Source: an uncultured Chloroflexia bacterium (GTDB taxonomy: Bacteria; Chloroflexota; Limnocylindria; Limnocylindrales; CSP1-4). Taken from it: a stretch of 64,000 nt of DNA. Shown piece by piece: positions 10,145-20,108 of this stretch (positions are counted from its first letter, which is position 1; every line of letters begins with the position of its first letter). The notes below the pieces were generated by a model. That model saw only the letters and a program-made list of their open reading frames with translations, did not search any database and was not told the DNA's origin. Made by a program: the position numbers and the translations under genes. Where the stretch lies: assembly GCA_963707215.1 (NCBI GenBank), contig CAVPPB010000001.1, forward strand, positions 192,001 to 256,000, in the 5' to 3' direction.

Positions 10145-10162
10145 GGCATGCATCGTACCGCC

Positions 10163-11185
10163 TCAGCCGGTCGATGCAAGAGCGCTTCGGAGCCGCTCGG
10201 CCATCGCCGGATCGATCGAGCCACGGTCGAGGGCGAGCTGGACCTCCCGGGCCGCGACCGCGCGGTACAGGGGCAGCGCGTCCGGAGCGTGTCGGGCGAG
10301 CGCATCGAGGTGGCGGACCAGGGTCCCGACGTCGCCCCGGGTCATCGGCCCGGTCAACGACTCGCGGATCCCCAGCGAGCGGGCATTGGCCAGGGTCTGC
10401 TCGATCAGCCGGCCGTAGACGTCCAGCGACGCGTCCTCGTCGAGCCCGGCGACCCGCCCGAGCTCGGCGATCGCATCGAGCATCGCGACCAGGCCGCCGG
10501 CCGCCAGGACCGCGGCCGCATGGTAGGCGGCCTTGGTGCCGGGGCGGAGCCGGACCGGGACGGCCCCGATCGCCTCGGCCATCCGGGCGAGCAGGTCGAC
10601 CAGCTGATCGTCGCCCTCGACCACGACCGTCGCGCCATCGAGGGCCGCAACGGATCGGTCGACGTCCGCGAACGAGACCAGCGGGTGGAACGCCCCGGCC
10701 TGGGTGCCGGCAGCCATGGCAGGGGCGAGTGCCTCGGAGCCGAGTACTCCGCTCGTGTGGACGAGGGCCTGACCGGCATAGAGCCGCAGACGACCGGCGA
10801 GCGTCTCGATGGCGTCGTCGGGCACGCACAGGAAGATGAGCTCGACCTCGTCGAGCAGGGCCGTCGCGTCGGCGAACGACCGCACGGGGCCCCCGATCAG
10901 TCGGACGAAGCGGGCTCGCCGCTCGGGGTCCCGGCTGGCGACGGCATGGATGGGCCAGCCGGCGCGGGCGAAGGCCGCGCCGAGGGCCGTGCCGACAGGG
11001 CCGGCGCCGACGATGCCCAGGTACGGCTTCTCGCCCGGGCCGGATCGCTGGTGGGGATGCGGGTGCTCGTCAGCCTCATGACCGGGGGACCCCGCATCGC
11101 CGACGGTCGCCGGCACCTCGTCGATCCCCGGCGAGCCAGACGTCGGCGGCCGCGAACCCGGGTCGAGCTCGTCCCAGGCCCTCAT
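10163..11185 (-). CDS. Rossmann-like/DUF2520 domain oxidoreductase
   Basis: GIVGAGPVG, VPDDAI, VHTSG, FHPL, YHAAAV and LTGPMTRGD motifs. Confidence 0.9.
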   Translation of the reverse strand: MRAWDELDPGSRPPTSGSPGIDEVPATVGDAGSPGHEADEHPHPHQRSGPGEKPYLGIVGAGPVGTALGAAFARAGWPIHAVASRDPERRARFVRLIGGPVRSFADATALLDEVELIFLCVPDDAIETLAGRLRLYAGQALVHTSGVLGSEALAPAMAAGTQAGAFHPLVSFADVDRSVAALDGATVVVEGDDQLVDLLARMAEAIGAVPVRLRPGTKAAYHAAAVLAAGGLVAMLDAIAELGRVAGLDEDASLDVYGRLIEQTLANARSLGIRESLTGPMTRGDVGTLVRHLDALARHAPDALPLYRAVAAREVQLALDRGSIDPAMAERLRSALASTG

Positions 11186-11252
11186 GGACGGTCGCCTTGG
11201 TAGGATTCCACGTGCTGAGTCTACCGACCCCGCAAGAAGGGACGATGCGTTC

Positions 11253-13919
11253 GTGACCGATCCGTTCGCCGCTCGCAGCCCGCTCGGGCCCGGGTTGCCC
11301 GACATCTACCGCCTGGACGTGCTGGCCGACCGCCTCGACCTGGGGCGGGCCCCGGTGACCCTCAAGATCCTCCTCGAGAACGTCCTCCGGCACTCGGGCT
11401 TGGGCCCGGTCTCCGCGGCCGATGTGGAGATGCTGGCGAGCTGGCGGCCCGGCCGGCCGGCCGAGGCCGAGGTCCCCTTCATGCCGGCCAGGGTCGTCCT
11501 CCAGGACTTCACCGGGGTGCCGGCGGTGGTCGACCTGGCGGTCATGCGCGACGCCATGGCCGACCTCGGCGGCGATCCGGCCCGGGTCAACCCGCTCGTG
11601 CCGGCCGACCTTGTCATCGACCACTCGGTGCAGGTCGACGCCTTCGGGACGCCAGCGGCCTTCGCCTTCAATGTGGAGCGGGAGTACGAGCGCAACGGCG
11701 AGCGATATCAGCTGCTGCGCTGGGCCCAGACCGCCTTTCGTGGCTTCCGGGTCGTCCCGCCCGGAACCGGCATCGTCCACCAGGTCAACCTGGAGCACCT
11801 GGCGACCGTCGTGACCGACAGCCCGGCCCCCGATGGCCAAGGCCGCATCGCCTACCCGGACACGCTGGTCGGCACCGACTCCCACACCACGATGATCAAC
11901 GCCCTGGGCGTGCTCGGGTACGGTGTCGGTGGGATCGAGGCCGAGGTCGTCCTGCTCGGCCAGCCGCTCTACCAACCGATGCCGCGGATCGTCGGCGTCC
12001 GGCTTCGTGGTGAGCTCCCCCGCGGGGCCACCGCGACCGACCTGGTCCTGGTGGTGACCCAGATGCTGCGGGCCCACGGCGTGGTCGGGGCCTTCGTCGA
12101 GTTCGCCGGCGACGGGCTGGCCAGCCTCGGCCTCGCCGACAGGGCGACGATCAGCAACATGAGCCCGGAGTTCGGCGCCACCGCGACCCTCTTCCCCATC
12201 GACGACGAGACCCTGGCCTACCTTCGCCTGACCGGGCGACCCACCGAACGCGTCGCCCTGGTCGAGCGCTACGCGCGAGCGCAGGGACTCTGGCGCGAAC
12301 CGGGCGAAGGTCCGGACTTCGACGAGTCCCTCGAGCTCGACCTCTCGACCGTGGAGCCGTCGCTGGCCGGGCCGCGCCGGCCGCAGGATCGCGTTCCCCT
12401 CGAGGCGGTCCGCGAGAGCTTCCGGGAGGCCTACCCGAAAGCAGGCGGTCGGCCCGTCGAGATCGAGGTGGCCGGCCGCCCGGCGACGCTGCGGTCGGGC
12501 TCCGTGGCCATCGCCGCTATCACCTCCTGCACGAACACATCGAACCCGACGGTCATGGTCGGGGCGGGCCTGCTCGCCCGGAATGCCGTGGCCCGGGGCC
12601 TGACGGTCGCCCCGACGGTCAAGACATCGCTGGCACCTGGCTCCAAGGCGGTGACCGGCTACCTCCGCAACGCCGGCCTCATGGAGCCGCTCGAGGCGCT
12701 GGGCTTCGCGCTGGCCGGCTACGGCTGCACGACCTGCATCGGCAACTCGGGACCGCTCGACGCGGCGGTCGGCGAGGCGATCGAGGAGAACGAGCTCGTC
12801 GTGGCCGCGGTCCTGTCGGGCAACCGCAACTTCGAGGGCCGCATCCACCCCCTGGCCCGGGCGAGCTATCTCGCCTCGCCGCCGCTCGTGGTCGCCTTCG
12901 CCCTGGCCGGACGGGTCGACATCGACCTCACCACGGAGCCGCTCGGCACCGGCCTCGACGGCCAGCCGGTCTACCTCGCCGAGCTGTGGCCCAGCGGCGA
13001 CGAGATCCGGCGGGTCATCGGGGAGGCCATCGACCCGGAGCTGTTCGCGCGCACCTACGCCGACGTCTTCGAGGGCGACGACCGCTGGCGCAGCCTGCCC
13101 GTGCCGGAGGGCGAGCGATACGCCTGGGATCCGGGGTCGACCTACATCGCCAAGCCGCCCTTCTTCGACGGCATGAGTGCGCAGCCGGCCCCGGTCGAGG
13201 ATCTGCGGGACGCCCGCGTCCTGCTCGTCCTCGGCGACTCGGTGACCACCGATCACATCTCGCCGGCCGGCTCGATCGCCGCCTGGTCGCCGGCCGGGGC
13301 GTGGCTCCAGGAGCGCGGCGTCACGCCGGTCGAGTTCAATTCCTATGGCGCCCGGCGGGGCCACCACGAGGTCATGATGCGGGGGACGTTCGGCAACATC
13401 CGCCTCCGCAACCGGCTGGTGCCCGACCGTGAGGGTCCATACACGGTCCATCTGCCCGATGGCCACGAGGGCTTCGTCTTCGACGTCGCCATGGCCTATG
13501 CCGACGAGGGCGTCCCGCTGGTCGTCCTGGCCGGCAAGGAGTACGGGTCCGGATCGTCGCGCGACTGGGCGGCCAAGGGGACGCGACTTCTGGGCGTTCG
13601 CGCGGTCATCGCGGAGAGCTTCGAGCGGATCCACCGGTCCAACCTGGTCGGCATGGGCATCCTGCCGCTCCAGTTCTCCGCCGGCGACACGGTCGAGTCC
13701 CTGGGGCTGAACGGCCACGAGTCCTTCACGATCGCCGATCTCGACGGTCACCTTGCACCGCGGGCGAGCCTGACCGTCGTGGCCCGACGCGACGACGGGA
13801 CGGAGCAGCGGTTCGAGGTCGTCGCCCGACTCGACGGCCCGATCGAAGTCGAGTACTACCGGAACGGTGGGATCCTTCCGGCCGTCCTCCGCCGCCTGGC
13901 GATCGAGGGTGTCGCCTAG
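11253..13919 (+). CDS. acnA: Aconitate hydratase AcnA
   Basis: LQDFTGVP, GTDSHTT, ITSCTNTSNP, GCTTCIGNSG, GSSRDWAAKG; GTG start after a purine-rich RBS. Confidence 0.97.
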   Translation: MTDPFAARSPLGPGLPDIYRLDVLADRLDLGRAPVTLKILLENVLRHSGLGPVSAADVEMLASWRPGRPAEAEVPFMPARVVLQDFTGVPAVVDLAVMRDAMADLGGDPARVNPLVPADLVIDHSVQVDAFGTPAAFAFNVEREYERNGERYQLLRWAQTAFRGFRVVPPGTGIVHQVNLEHLATVVTDSPAPDGQGRIAYPDTLVGTDSHTTMINALGVLGYGVGGIEAEVVLLGQPLYQPMPRIVGVRLRGELPRGATATDLVLVVTQMLRAHGVVGAFVEFAGDGLASLGLADRATISNMSPEFGATATLFPIDDETLAYLRLTGRPTERVALVERYARAQGLWREPGEGPDFDESLELDLSTVEPSLAGPRRPQDRVPLEAVRESFREAYPKAGGRPVEIEVAGRPATLRSGSVAIAAITSCTNTSNPTVMVGAGLLARNAVARGLTVAPTVKTSLAPGSKAVTGYLRNAGLMEPLEALGFALAGYGCTTCIGNSGPLDAAVGEAIEENELVVAAVLSGNRNFEGRIHPLARASYLASPPLVVAFALAGRVDIDLTTEPLGTGLDGQPVYLAELWPSGDEIRRVIGEAIDPELFARTYADVFEGDDRWRSLPVPEGERYAWDPGSTYIAKPPFFDGMSAQPAPVEDLRDARVLLVLGDSVTTDHISPAGSIAAWSPAGAWLQERGVTPVEFNSYGARRGHHEVMMRGTFGNIRLRNRLVPDREGPYTVHLPDGHEGFVFDVAMAYADEGVPLVVLAGKEYGSGSSRDWAAKGTRLLGVRAVIAESFERIHRSNLVGMGILPLQFSAGDTVESLGLNGHESFTIADLDGHLAPRASLTVVARRDDGTEQRFEVVARLDGPIEVEYYRNGGILPAVLRRLAIEGVA

Positions 13920-14782
13920 GCGGGACCCGACCCCGCCCCGCGCCCCCCGCCGGCCACCGCCCGCCGGGCGTGGAGCCGACCATCGTCGCCGTGCTCGACA
14001 CGGAGAGGGAGGCCGAAGGCCCGGGACAGGATCGGCGCCGTGAGGGTCTCGGCGATCGGCCCGCGGGCCTCCGACCGACCGGCCCGGAGCACGAGTGCCC
14101 GGTCGAAGCCGGCCGGGATCTCCTCGACGTGGTGGGTGACCATGGCGATGGCCGACGGCCGGCTCCCGGCGGCGAGTCGCTCGAGCGCGACGATGAGGTC
14201 CTCCCTGCCGCCGAGGTCGAGCCCGGCCGCCGGCTCGTCGAGCAGCAGGAGGTCCGGGTCAGGCAGCAGGGCCCGGGCGATCAGGACCCGCTGCCGCTCG
14301 CCGGTCGAGAGGGTCGCCATCGGCCGCGTCGCCATCGTCTCCACCCCCAGCCGGGCCAGCAGCTCGTGGGCCAGGGCGCGATCCTCATCGCTGACGGGTG
14401 CCCACCAGGGTGCAAGAGCACCCGCGCGAGCCGAGACGACGACGTCGAGGGGCGTCAGGCGAGGCTCGATGCCTGCAGCCAGGGCGGGGCTGGCGAAGCC
14501 GATACGGCGACGGAGCTCCCGGGCGTCGACCGTCCCGAGGCGTCGACCCAGGACGGAGACCGTGCCGGTCGTCGGCCAGAGCGTCGTGTCGGCCACCTGC
14601 AGCAGCGTCGTCTTGCCCGAACCGTTCGGCCCCAGGAGGACCCAGCGATCCCCCGGCGCGACGGTCCAGTCAAGCGGCCCAAGGATCGTCGACCCGGACC
14701 GGCGGACGGTCACGCCGCGGAGATCGAGCACCAGAGGATCACCGTTCCAGCCCAGGCCCACCTTCGTCCGCCCCTCGCTCAC
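13916..14782 (-). CDS. ABC transporter ATP-binding protein (ModF/YlmA-like)
   Basis: Walker A GPNGSGKTT, signature LSTGERQR, Walker B LLLLDEP, VTHHVEE. Confidence 0.9.
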   Translation of the reverse strand: MSEGRTKVGLGWNGDPLVLDLRGVTVRRSGSTILGPLDWTVAPGDRWVLLGPNGSGKTTLLQVADTTLWPTTGTVSVLGRRLGTVDARELRRRIGFASPALAAGIEPRLTPLDVVVSARAGALAPWWAPVSDEDRALAHELLARLGVETMATRPMATLSTGERQRVLIARALLPDPDLLLLDEPAAGLDLGGREDLIVALERLAAGSRPSAIAMVTHHVEEIPAGFDRALVLRAGRSEARGPIAETLTAPILSRAFGLPLRVEHGDDGRLHARRAVAGGGRGAGSGPA

Positions 14783-15525
14783 GGTCGTCCGAACTCCGGG
14801 TCGACCCGTCGTCGGTACGCCTCGAGGGTGTCGAGCCAGGTGCCCAGGCCGATCGCCGTCGGCGGCACGGTCAGGGCGAGCACGAGGCTGGCAGCCATCG
14901 CGGTCGGCACGACGGGCCAGCCGAGGAGCAGGCCGGCGACGGCCAGCGCGAAGGGTGGTCCGACGGCGACGACGAGCCCGACGAAGAGGAGGCCCGCGGT
15001 CTCGATGACGAAGCCGTCGACGACCGAGGTCGCCAGGTCGAAGGCGTCGGTCGGCCCGAGGTCGCGCAGGACCACCGCCGGGATCAGCAGCGAGCCGCGA
15101 CTGACCACGAGGATCGCCCACAGGGCCGTCAGGAAGACCGCGAAGAGGCCCAGCCCGAGGAGCCCGGTCAGGAAGGCCACGGCTCCGACGAGCGGCAGGG
15201 CGAGGGCCGTCCCTGCTGCATAGGCGGCCGTGAGCGACCACCCTCGGCCGACGGTCTCGACGATGCCCTGGCGGACCGCGGCGGCGACCGGACGACCGTC
15301 GCCGGTGCCCGCCCACGAGGCGGCAAGCACCGCGGCCGCGTCGAAGGCCAGGGCCGCCCCGTAGCCCAACCAGGACAGCACGTCGGGGAGCAGCGCCGCC
15401 AGCGTCGCGATCGGGAGCCCGAAGCCTGCGCCGGCCAGCACGGACGCGGGATACGCAGACCGCAAGCGGACCAGGGTGTCCCGCAGCGGGAGGTCCGGAG
15501 GCGGGCTGTCAGGGTCGACGATCAC
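14779..15525 (-). CDS. Hypothetical multi-pass membrane protein
   Basis: Several hydrophobic helices; GTGA overlap with the ABC ATPase. Confidence 0.65.
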   Translation of the reverse strand: MIVDPDSPPPDLPLRDTLVRLRSAYPASVLAGAGFGLPIATLAALLPDVLSWLGYGAALAFDAAAVLAASWAGTGDGRPVAAAVRQGIVETVGRGWSLTAAYAAGTALALPLVGAVAFLTGLLGLGLFAVFLTALWAILVVSRGSLLIPAVVLRDLGPTDAFDLATSVVDGFVIETAGLLFVGLVVAVGPPFALAVAGLLLGWPVVPTAMAASLVLALTVPPTAIGLGTWLDTLEAYRRRVDPEFGRP

Positions 15526-15536
15526 GGGGTGGACGG

Positions 15537-15613
15537 TGGTGGGCGATACTGGGCTCGAACCAGTGACCTCGCGGATGTGAACCGCGCGCTCTGACCGACT
15601 GAGCTAATCGCCC
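15537..15613 (-). tRNA. tRNA-Val (anticodon CAC)
   Basis: GGGCGAT acceptor stem, TAGCTCAG D-arm, CGCGG-TTCACAT-CCGCG anticodon arm, GGTTCGAG T-loop, encoded CCA; TATGAT -10 at 15649-15654. Confidence 0.97.
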
Positions 15614-15649
15614 GTTCGTTCGGACCCCGGGCGCTCCCGGGCCCGGGCA

Positions 15650-15928
15650 TCATACCGCGAGGCCGGGCCAGCGAGCGCGGACGACCGTCGGGTCGATCCC
15701 CTCGACCTCGACGACCTTGGACCGCGACGCATGGCCGGCGACGATCCGGACGGCGCCCCGGGACAGCCCCAGCTCGGCGGCAAGGAGCCGGACCAGTGCG
15801 GCGTTGGCGCTGCCGTCCACCGGCGCAGCCGTCACCCGTACCCGGAGCCGACCCTCGACGACCCCGTCGACGACGGTCCGGTCGGCCCTCGGCACGAGCC
15901 GAACGCCGATGCGCAGCCCGGTACCCAA
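15650..15928 (-). CDS. DUF167/YggU family protein
   Basis: VRLVPRA...LRVRVTAAPVDGSANAAL...GHASRSK. Confidence 0.9.
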   Translation of the reverse strand: MGTGLRIGVRLVPRADRTVVDGVVEGRLRVRVTAAPVDGSANAALVRLLAAELGLSRGAVRIVAGHASRSKVVEVEGIDPTVVRARWPGLAV

Positions 15929-15938
15929 GCGACCGGGC

Positions 15939-16187
15939 CTAGACCCGGATGACGGTGAGGACCGCCCCCAGGATCAGCATCAGGATGAGCGGCGAGAAGT
16001 CGATCATCCCGGTCTGCGGGAGGAGGCGGCGGATCGGGGCCAGAAGGGGCTCGGTCGCCTGGATCAGGAAGAGCGAGAGCTGGTTGTTGCCGCGCGGGTC
16101 CACCCAGGACACCAGCACCCGGCCGAGCACGAGCAGCCAGAGCACCGTGACGGCGACCTGGAGGAAGTTGGCGAGCAGCGGGCCCAC
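15939..16187 (-). CDS. yggT: YggT/YlmG family membrane protein
   Basis: SWVDP...TEPLLAPIRRLLP...IDFSP. Confidence 0.93.
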   Translation of the reverse strand: MGPLLANFLQVAVTVLWLLVLGRVLVSWVDPRGNNQLSLFLIQATEPLLAPIRRLLPQTGMIDFSPLILMLILGAVLTVIRV

Positions 16188-16233
16188 GCCGCGAGTCTAG
16201 CAGGGCCACGAGGTGGTCCCGCGGGTCGTTCGC

Positions 16234-17010
16234 TCATGGTCCGGGGCGCTCACCGAACAGGGCCCGGCCGACCCTGATGATCGTGGCTCCTTCCTCGACG
16301 GCGGCAGGGTAGTCGTCGGTCATCCCCATCGACAGCTCGGGCCCCAGCCCGGGATGGCGGGCCCGTAGCCGGTCGGACAGCGCTCGCAGCCGCCGGAACG
16401 TGGGCCGAGCGGCCTCCGGGTCGCCGCCGAGCCGGCCGATGGTCATCAGGCCCAGCGGGGTGATGGCCCCCAGGTCGAGGAGCTCCGGCAGGCCCGGACC
16501 GACGTCATCCGGGTCGAACCCGGCCTTGCCGGGATCGCGGTCGACATTCACCTGGATGAGCACCGGCAGTCTGGTAGCCGGATCGCACGGCCCGGTGTCC
16601 GGCAGGTCTCGCTCCTCGCGGACGAGGCGGTCGAGCCGCCGCGCCAGGTCGAGTCCGTCGACGGTCTCGACCAGCGAGAAGAGGCGCACCGCCCGGCGGA
16701 CCTTGTTCGACTGGAGCGGGCCGACCAGGTGCCAGGTCGCCCCGTCCACGGTCGGCGCCTTCGTCTCGGCCTCCTGGACGCGGTTCTCGCCAAGGACCGT
16801 CAGGCCGGCGGCCACCGCGGCCCGCAGCCGCTCGGCCGCGACCGTCTTGCTGACGGCGACAAGGGTGACCAAGGCCGGGTCGCGACCCGACCGCCGACAG
16901 GCCCGGGCGATCTCGTCGAAGACGCGGGCTCGGGCCGCCGCCAGCGCGGCGACGTCGGCCGGATCGGGTCGCGGCGGGAGGTCGCCGTCAGGACCGGCGC
17001 CAGCCGCCAC
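16234..17010 (-). CDS. yggS: Pyridoxal phosphate homeostasis protein
   Basis: LVAVSKT, GENRVQE, WHLVGPLQSNK, LSMGMTDD, EEGATIIRVG. Confidence 0.95.
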   Translation of the reverse strand: MAAGAGPDGDLPPRPDPADVAALAAARARVFDEIARACRRSGRDPALVTLVAVSKTVAAERLRAAVAAGLTVLGENRVQEAETKAPTVDGATWHLVGPLQSNKVRRAVRLFSLVETVDGLDLARRLDRLVREERDLPDTGPCDPATRLPVLIQVNVDRDPGKAGFDPDDVGPGLPELLDLGAITPLGLMTIGRLGGDPEAARPTFRRLRALSDRLRARHPGLGPELSMGMTDDYPAAVEEGATIIRVGRALFGERPGP

Positions 17011-17013
17011 GGA

Positions 17014-18213
17014 TCACTTCTGGCGGCGCAGGAAGCTCGGGATCTCGAGGTCGTCCTGGTCGACGGACGACTTGCGGACCGGGGCGTCACCGGATCGGAC
17101 GCCCGAGGTCGGGGCGCGCTCGACGGGCACCTCGACCGGAGCCGCGGACTCGGCCCGCTGGCGCTCGAGCTCGGCCAGGAAGTCGCGCCCGCCACCGACC
17201 GGGACGGCGACCAGCTCGTCACGGGTCCCGGTCGCCGCGGCGTCGGCCCGCGGCGGGCGCGGACGCCCATCGAAGCCGGTCGCGATGACGGTGATCGACA
17301 CCTCGTCGCCGAGCCGCTCGTTGAAGCTCGTGCCGAAGATGATGTTGGCCTCCGGGTCGGCCGCCCCCCGGATCTCCTCGGCCGCCTCGGTCACCTCGTA
17401 GAGCGAGAGGTTCGAGGATCCGGTGATGTTGAACAGGATCCCCTGGGCGCCCGTGATGTTGATCTCGAGGAGCGGGCTGGCGATGGCCTCCCTGGCCGCC
17501 TCGAGAGCGCGGTTCTCGCCCGTCGCCCGGCCGATGCCCATGAGGGCTGAGCCGGCATCGCTCATGATCGAGCGGACGTCGGCGAAGTCGAGGTTGATCA
17601 GGCCCGGGGTCGTGATGATGTCGCTGATCCCCTGGACGCCCTGACGGAGGACGTCGTCGACGATCTTGAAGGCATCGAGCACGGTGGTGTTCTTCTGGAC
17701 CACGTCGCGCAGGCGGTCGTTGGGGATGGTGATGAGGGTGTCGACCTTGTCCTTCAGCTCGCCGGCAGCCTTCTCAGCGATGAGCTTCCGCTTGGCGCCC
17801 TCGAAGGAGAAGGGCTTGGTCACGACGCCGATGGTGAGGGCGCCCAGCTCCTTGGCCACCTCGGCCACGATCGGGGCGGCACCGGAGCCGGTCCCGCCGC
17901 CCAGGCCGGCCGTGATGAAGACCATGTCCGAGCCCTCGATCGCCTCGGCGATCTTGTCCCGGTCCTCGTCCGCCGCCCGTGCGCCGACCGCCGCGTCGCC
18001 GCCGGCCCCCAGGCCGCGGGTCAGCTTGTCGCCGATCCGGATCTTGTGCGGTGCATCGGACTGGAGCAGGGCCTGGGCGTCCGTGTTGCAGGAGATGAAC
18101 TCGACGCCCATCATCTCGGCCCGGATCATGCGGTTGACCGCATTGCTGCCGCCGCCACCGACGCCGATGACTCGGATCAGCGCGAAGTTCTCGGAATCAG
18201 AACGCAGCGGCAT
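17014..18213 (-). CDS. ftsZ: Cell division protein FtsZ
   Basis: [15 protein letters not shown] tubulin motif, NLDFAD, C-terminal DLEIPSFLR. Confidence 0.99.
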   Translation of the reverse strand: MPLRSDSENFALIRVIGVGGGGSNAVNRMIRAEMMGVEFISCNTDAQALLQSDAPHKIRIGDKLTRGLGAGGDAAVGARAADEDRDKIAEAIEGSDMVFITAGLGGGTGSGAAPIVAEVAKELGALTIGVVTKPFSFEGAKRKLIAEKAAGELKDKVDTLITIPNDRLRDVVQKNTTVLDAFKIVDDVLRQGVQGISDIITTPGLINLDFADVRSIMSDAGSALMGIGRATGENRALEAAREAIASPLLEINITGAQGILFNITGSSNLSLYEVTEAAEEIRGAADPEANIIFGTSFNERLGDEVSITVIATGFDGRPRPPRADAAATGTRDELVAVPVGGGRDFLAELERQRAESAAPVEVPVERAPTSGVRSGDAPVRKSSVDQDDLEIPSFLRRQK

Positions 18214-18312
18214 CGGGTCTCCTCCGGGGCCTGCGGCCCGGTCTATCTCGCTCCAGGTGGTGGCAGGACGATGGCTGGGGTCCCATCACCGGACTCCCCT
18301 CCGGGAGGGCCG

Positions 18313-18318
18313 AGTATA
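18313..18318 (-). promoter_or_regulatory. Candidate -10 element (TATACT) of a dedicated ftsZ promoter
   Basis: agtata on + strand in the 233-bp yjbQ-ftsZ gap, about 100 nt upstream of ftsZ. Confidence 0.5.
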
Positions 18319-18446
18319 GCGCTCCCCCGTCGCGACCGGCAGGGCCCGACCCAGGTCGCCGAAGGCGATCGCGGGGGCTCCCCTCGGAGAGGGTGGTGCA
18401 TCGACGCACCGCCCGGGCAGACCACCCGTCGGACCGTGGCGGCGCC

Positions 18447-18851
18447 CTAGCCGGCCAGGAAGGAGAGGCGCACCCGCCGCTCGGGGTTGTCGGCGTTCGG
18501 GTCCACGAGGCCGATCGACTGCCAGGTCCCGAGGGCCAGGCGCCCACCGACGACCGGGACGGTCAGCGACGGCGACAGGAAGGCCGGCGTCACATGATCG
18601 GCGCCATGGCCGCGCGAGCCGTGGGCGTGGACCCAGCGGTCGTCGCGGGGCATGAGTCGGTCGAGGGTCGCCAGGAGGTCTGCCTCGCTGCCCGATCCGA
18701 GCTCCACGACCGCCAGGCCGGCGGTCGCGTGGGGCACCCAGACATTCAGCAGGCCATCGACCTCGGTGGCCACGAACTCCGCACAGGCCGGCGTGAGGTC
18801 GTGGACGGCGCGGTGGCCGCCGGTCGGGATCCTCAGCTCGACGGTCCGCAT
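18447..18851 (-). CDS. yjbQ: YjbQ/UPF0047 family protein
   Basis: PHATAG, HGADHV, LGTWQSI motifs. Confidence 0.9.
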   Translation of the reverse strand: MRTVELRIPTGGHRAVHDLTPACAEFVATEVDGLLNVWVPHATAGLAVVELGSGSEADLLATLDRLMPRDDRWVHAHGSRGHGADHVTPAFLSPSLTVPVVGGRLALGTWQSIGLVDPNADNPERRVRLSFLAG

Positions 18852-18858
18852 CGGCGAC

Positions 18859-20088
18859 CTACGGGAAGACGCCCCGGAGCGCCTCCCGGATCCGGCTCAT
18901 CGTCCCGCCGCCGCCGGTCTCGTAGCCGACGAGGTCCTGACCTCCGAGACCAGCCGCACCCCAGGCAAGGAGGCCTACCGGTGTCGCGTATGCCGGCGTC
19001 AGGAGCGTGTCGACGAGGCCGCCGATGCCGCTCGGGCCGGCGATGCGGACCGGCATCTGGAGGACCTCCCGGCCGAGCTCGGCGGCGCCGGCCAGCTGTG
19101 CGCCCCCGCCCGTCAGGACGATGCCGGCCGGCAGCATCCCCGGGCCGGCGGCGGCCATCCGATCGCGAAGCAGCTCGAAGGTCTCGCGCATGCGGGCCTC
19201 GATGATCATGCAGAGCTCCAGGCGCGAGAGCTCGCGGCCGGCATCCTCGCCGAGGACGCTCACCGAGACGGTCTCGTCCTCGGTGATGCCGCGGAGGTCA
19301 CACGATCCGTGCTGGAGCTTGAGCTCCTCGGCCACCTGGAGGCTCGTCTTGAGGCCGATCGCCACGTCGTTCGTGACGTTGTTGCCGCCGACCGGCAGGA
19401 CGGCCGTCTGGAACGGCGATCCCTCGCTGAACATCGCCAGGTCGATCGTCCCGGCACCGATGTCGGCGACGGCGACCCCGAGGTCCTTCTCGGTCTCGGT
19501 CAGGACCGCCTCGGCCGACGCGAGCGAGCTGACGACGAGCTCGTCGATCTTCACCCCGGCCGCCTGGACGCACTTCGAGAGGTTCTGGACGGCGGTCGCC
19601 GAGGCGGTGACGATGTGCGTCTCCACCTCGAGCCGTAGCGCGCTCATGCCGAGCGGGTCCTTGACGCCCTCCTGGCCGTCGACGATGAAGCCCCGGCGCT
19701 CGACGTGGAGGACCTCCCGGTTCGACGGGATCGAGACGGCCCGGGCGACCTCGATGGCCCGGTTGATGTCCTCCCGGGTGACCTCGCGATGGTGGGCGGT
19801 CACGGCGACCTGCCCGGTCGAGTTCTGGCTCTCGACATGGTTGCCGCCGATCGACACGAAGGCCCGGTCGATCTTGAACCCGGAAAGCCGCTCGGCCCGG
19901 ACGACGGCGTCGGAGATGGATCGGACCGTCTGGTCGATGTTGACGACGGCGCCCTTCTTGAGGCCGGCTGCCGGGACGGTGCCGTGGCCCATGATCGTGA
20001 GCCGACCATCGCGACTGACCTCGCCGATCAGCGCACAGACCTTGGATGTGCCGACGTCGATCCCGACCAGGACCGCTTCCCGTTCCAC
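18859..20088 (-). CDS. ftsA: Cell division protein FtsA
   Basis: IDVGTSKV, GLKKG, ADIGAGT, GGNNVTND, VLTGGG. Confidence 0.97.
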   Translation of the reverse strand: MEREAVLVGIDVGTSKVCALIGEVSRDGRLTIMGHGTVPAAGLKKGAVVNIDQTVRSISDAVVRAERLSGFKIDRAFVSIGGNHVESQNSTGQVAVTAHHREVTREDINRAIEVARAVSIPSNREVLHVERRGFIVDGQEGVKDPLGMSALRLEVETHIVTASATAVQNLSKCVQAAGVKIDELVVSSLASAEAVLTETEKDLGVAVADIGAGTIDLAMFSEGSPFQTAVLPVGGNNVTNDVAIGLKTSLQVAEELKLQHGSCDLRGITEDETVSVSVLGEDAGRELSRLELCMIIEARMRETFELLRDRMAAAGPGMLPAGIVLTGGGAQLAGAAELGREVLQMPVRIAGPSGIGGLVDTLLTPAYATPVGLLAWGAAGLGGQDLVGYETGGGGTMSRIREALRGVFP

Positions 20089-20108
20089 GTGTGTCTCGCT
20101 CCGCTCGC

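Noticed and set aside
11076-13751. Very long antisense ORFs (opposite acnA, gcvPB, the mutase and the HYR gene)
   Set aside because: Shadow ORFs expected from high GC3 codon bias; no recognisable protein motifs
15537-15613. tRNA-Val as a possible integration site
   Set aside because: No integrase, no duplicated tRNA 3' end and no evident compositional shift nearby
20081-20096. GTTCCACGTG looks like a parS half-site (a similar partial match is near 11206)
   Set aside because: The right half does not complete the palindrome, and the site overlaps the ftsA start
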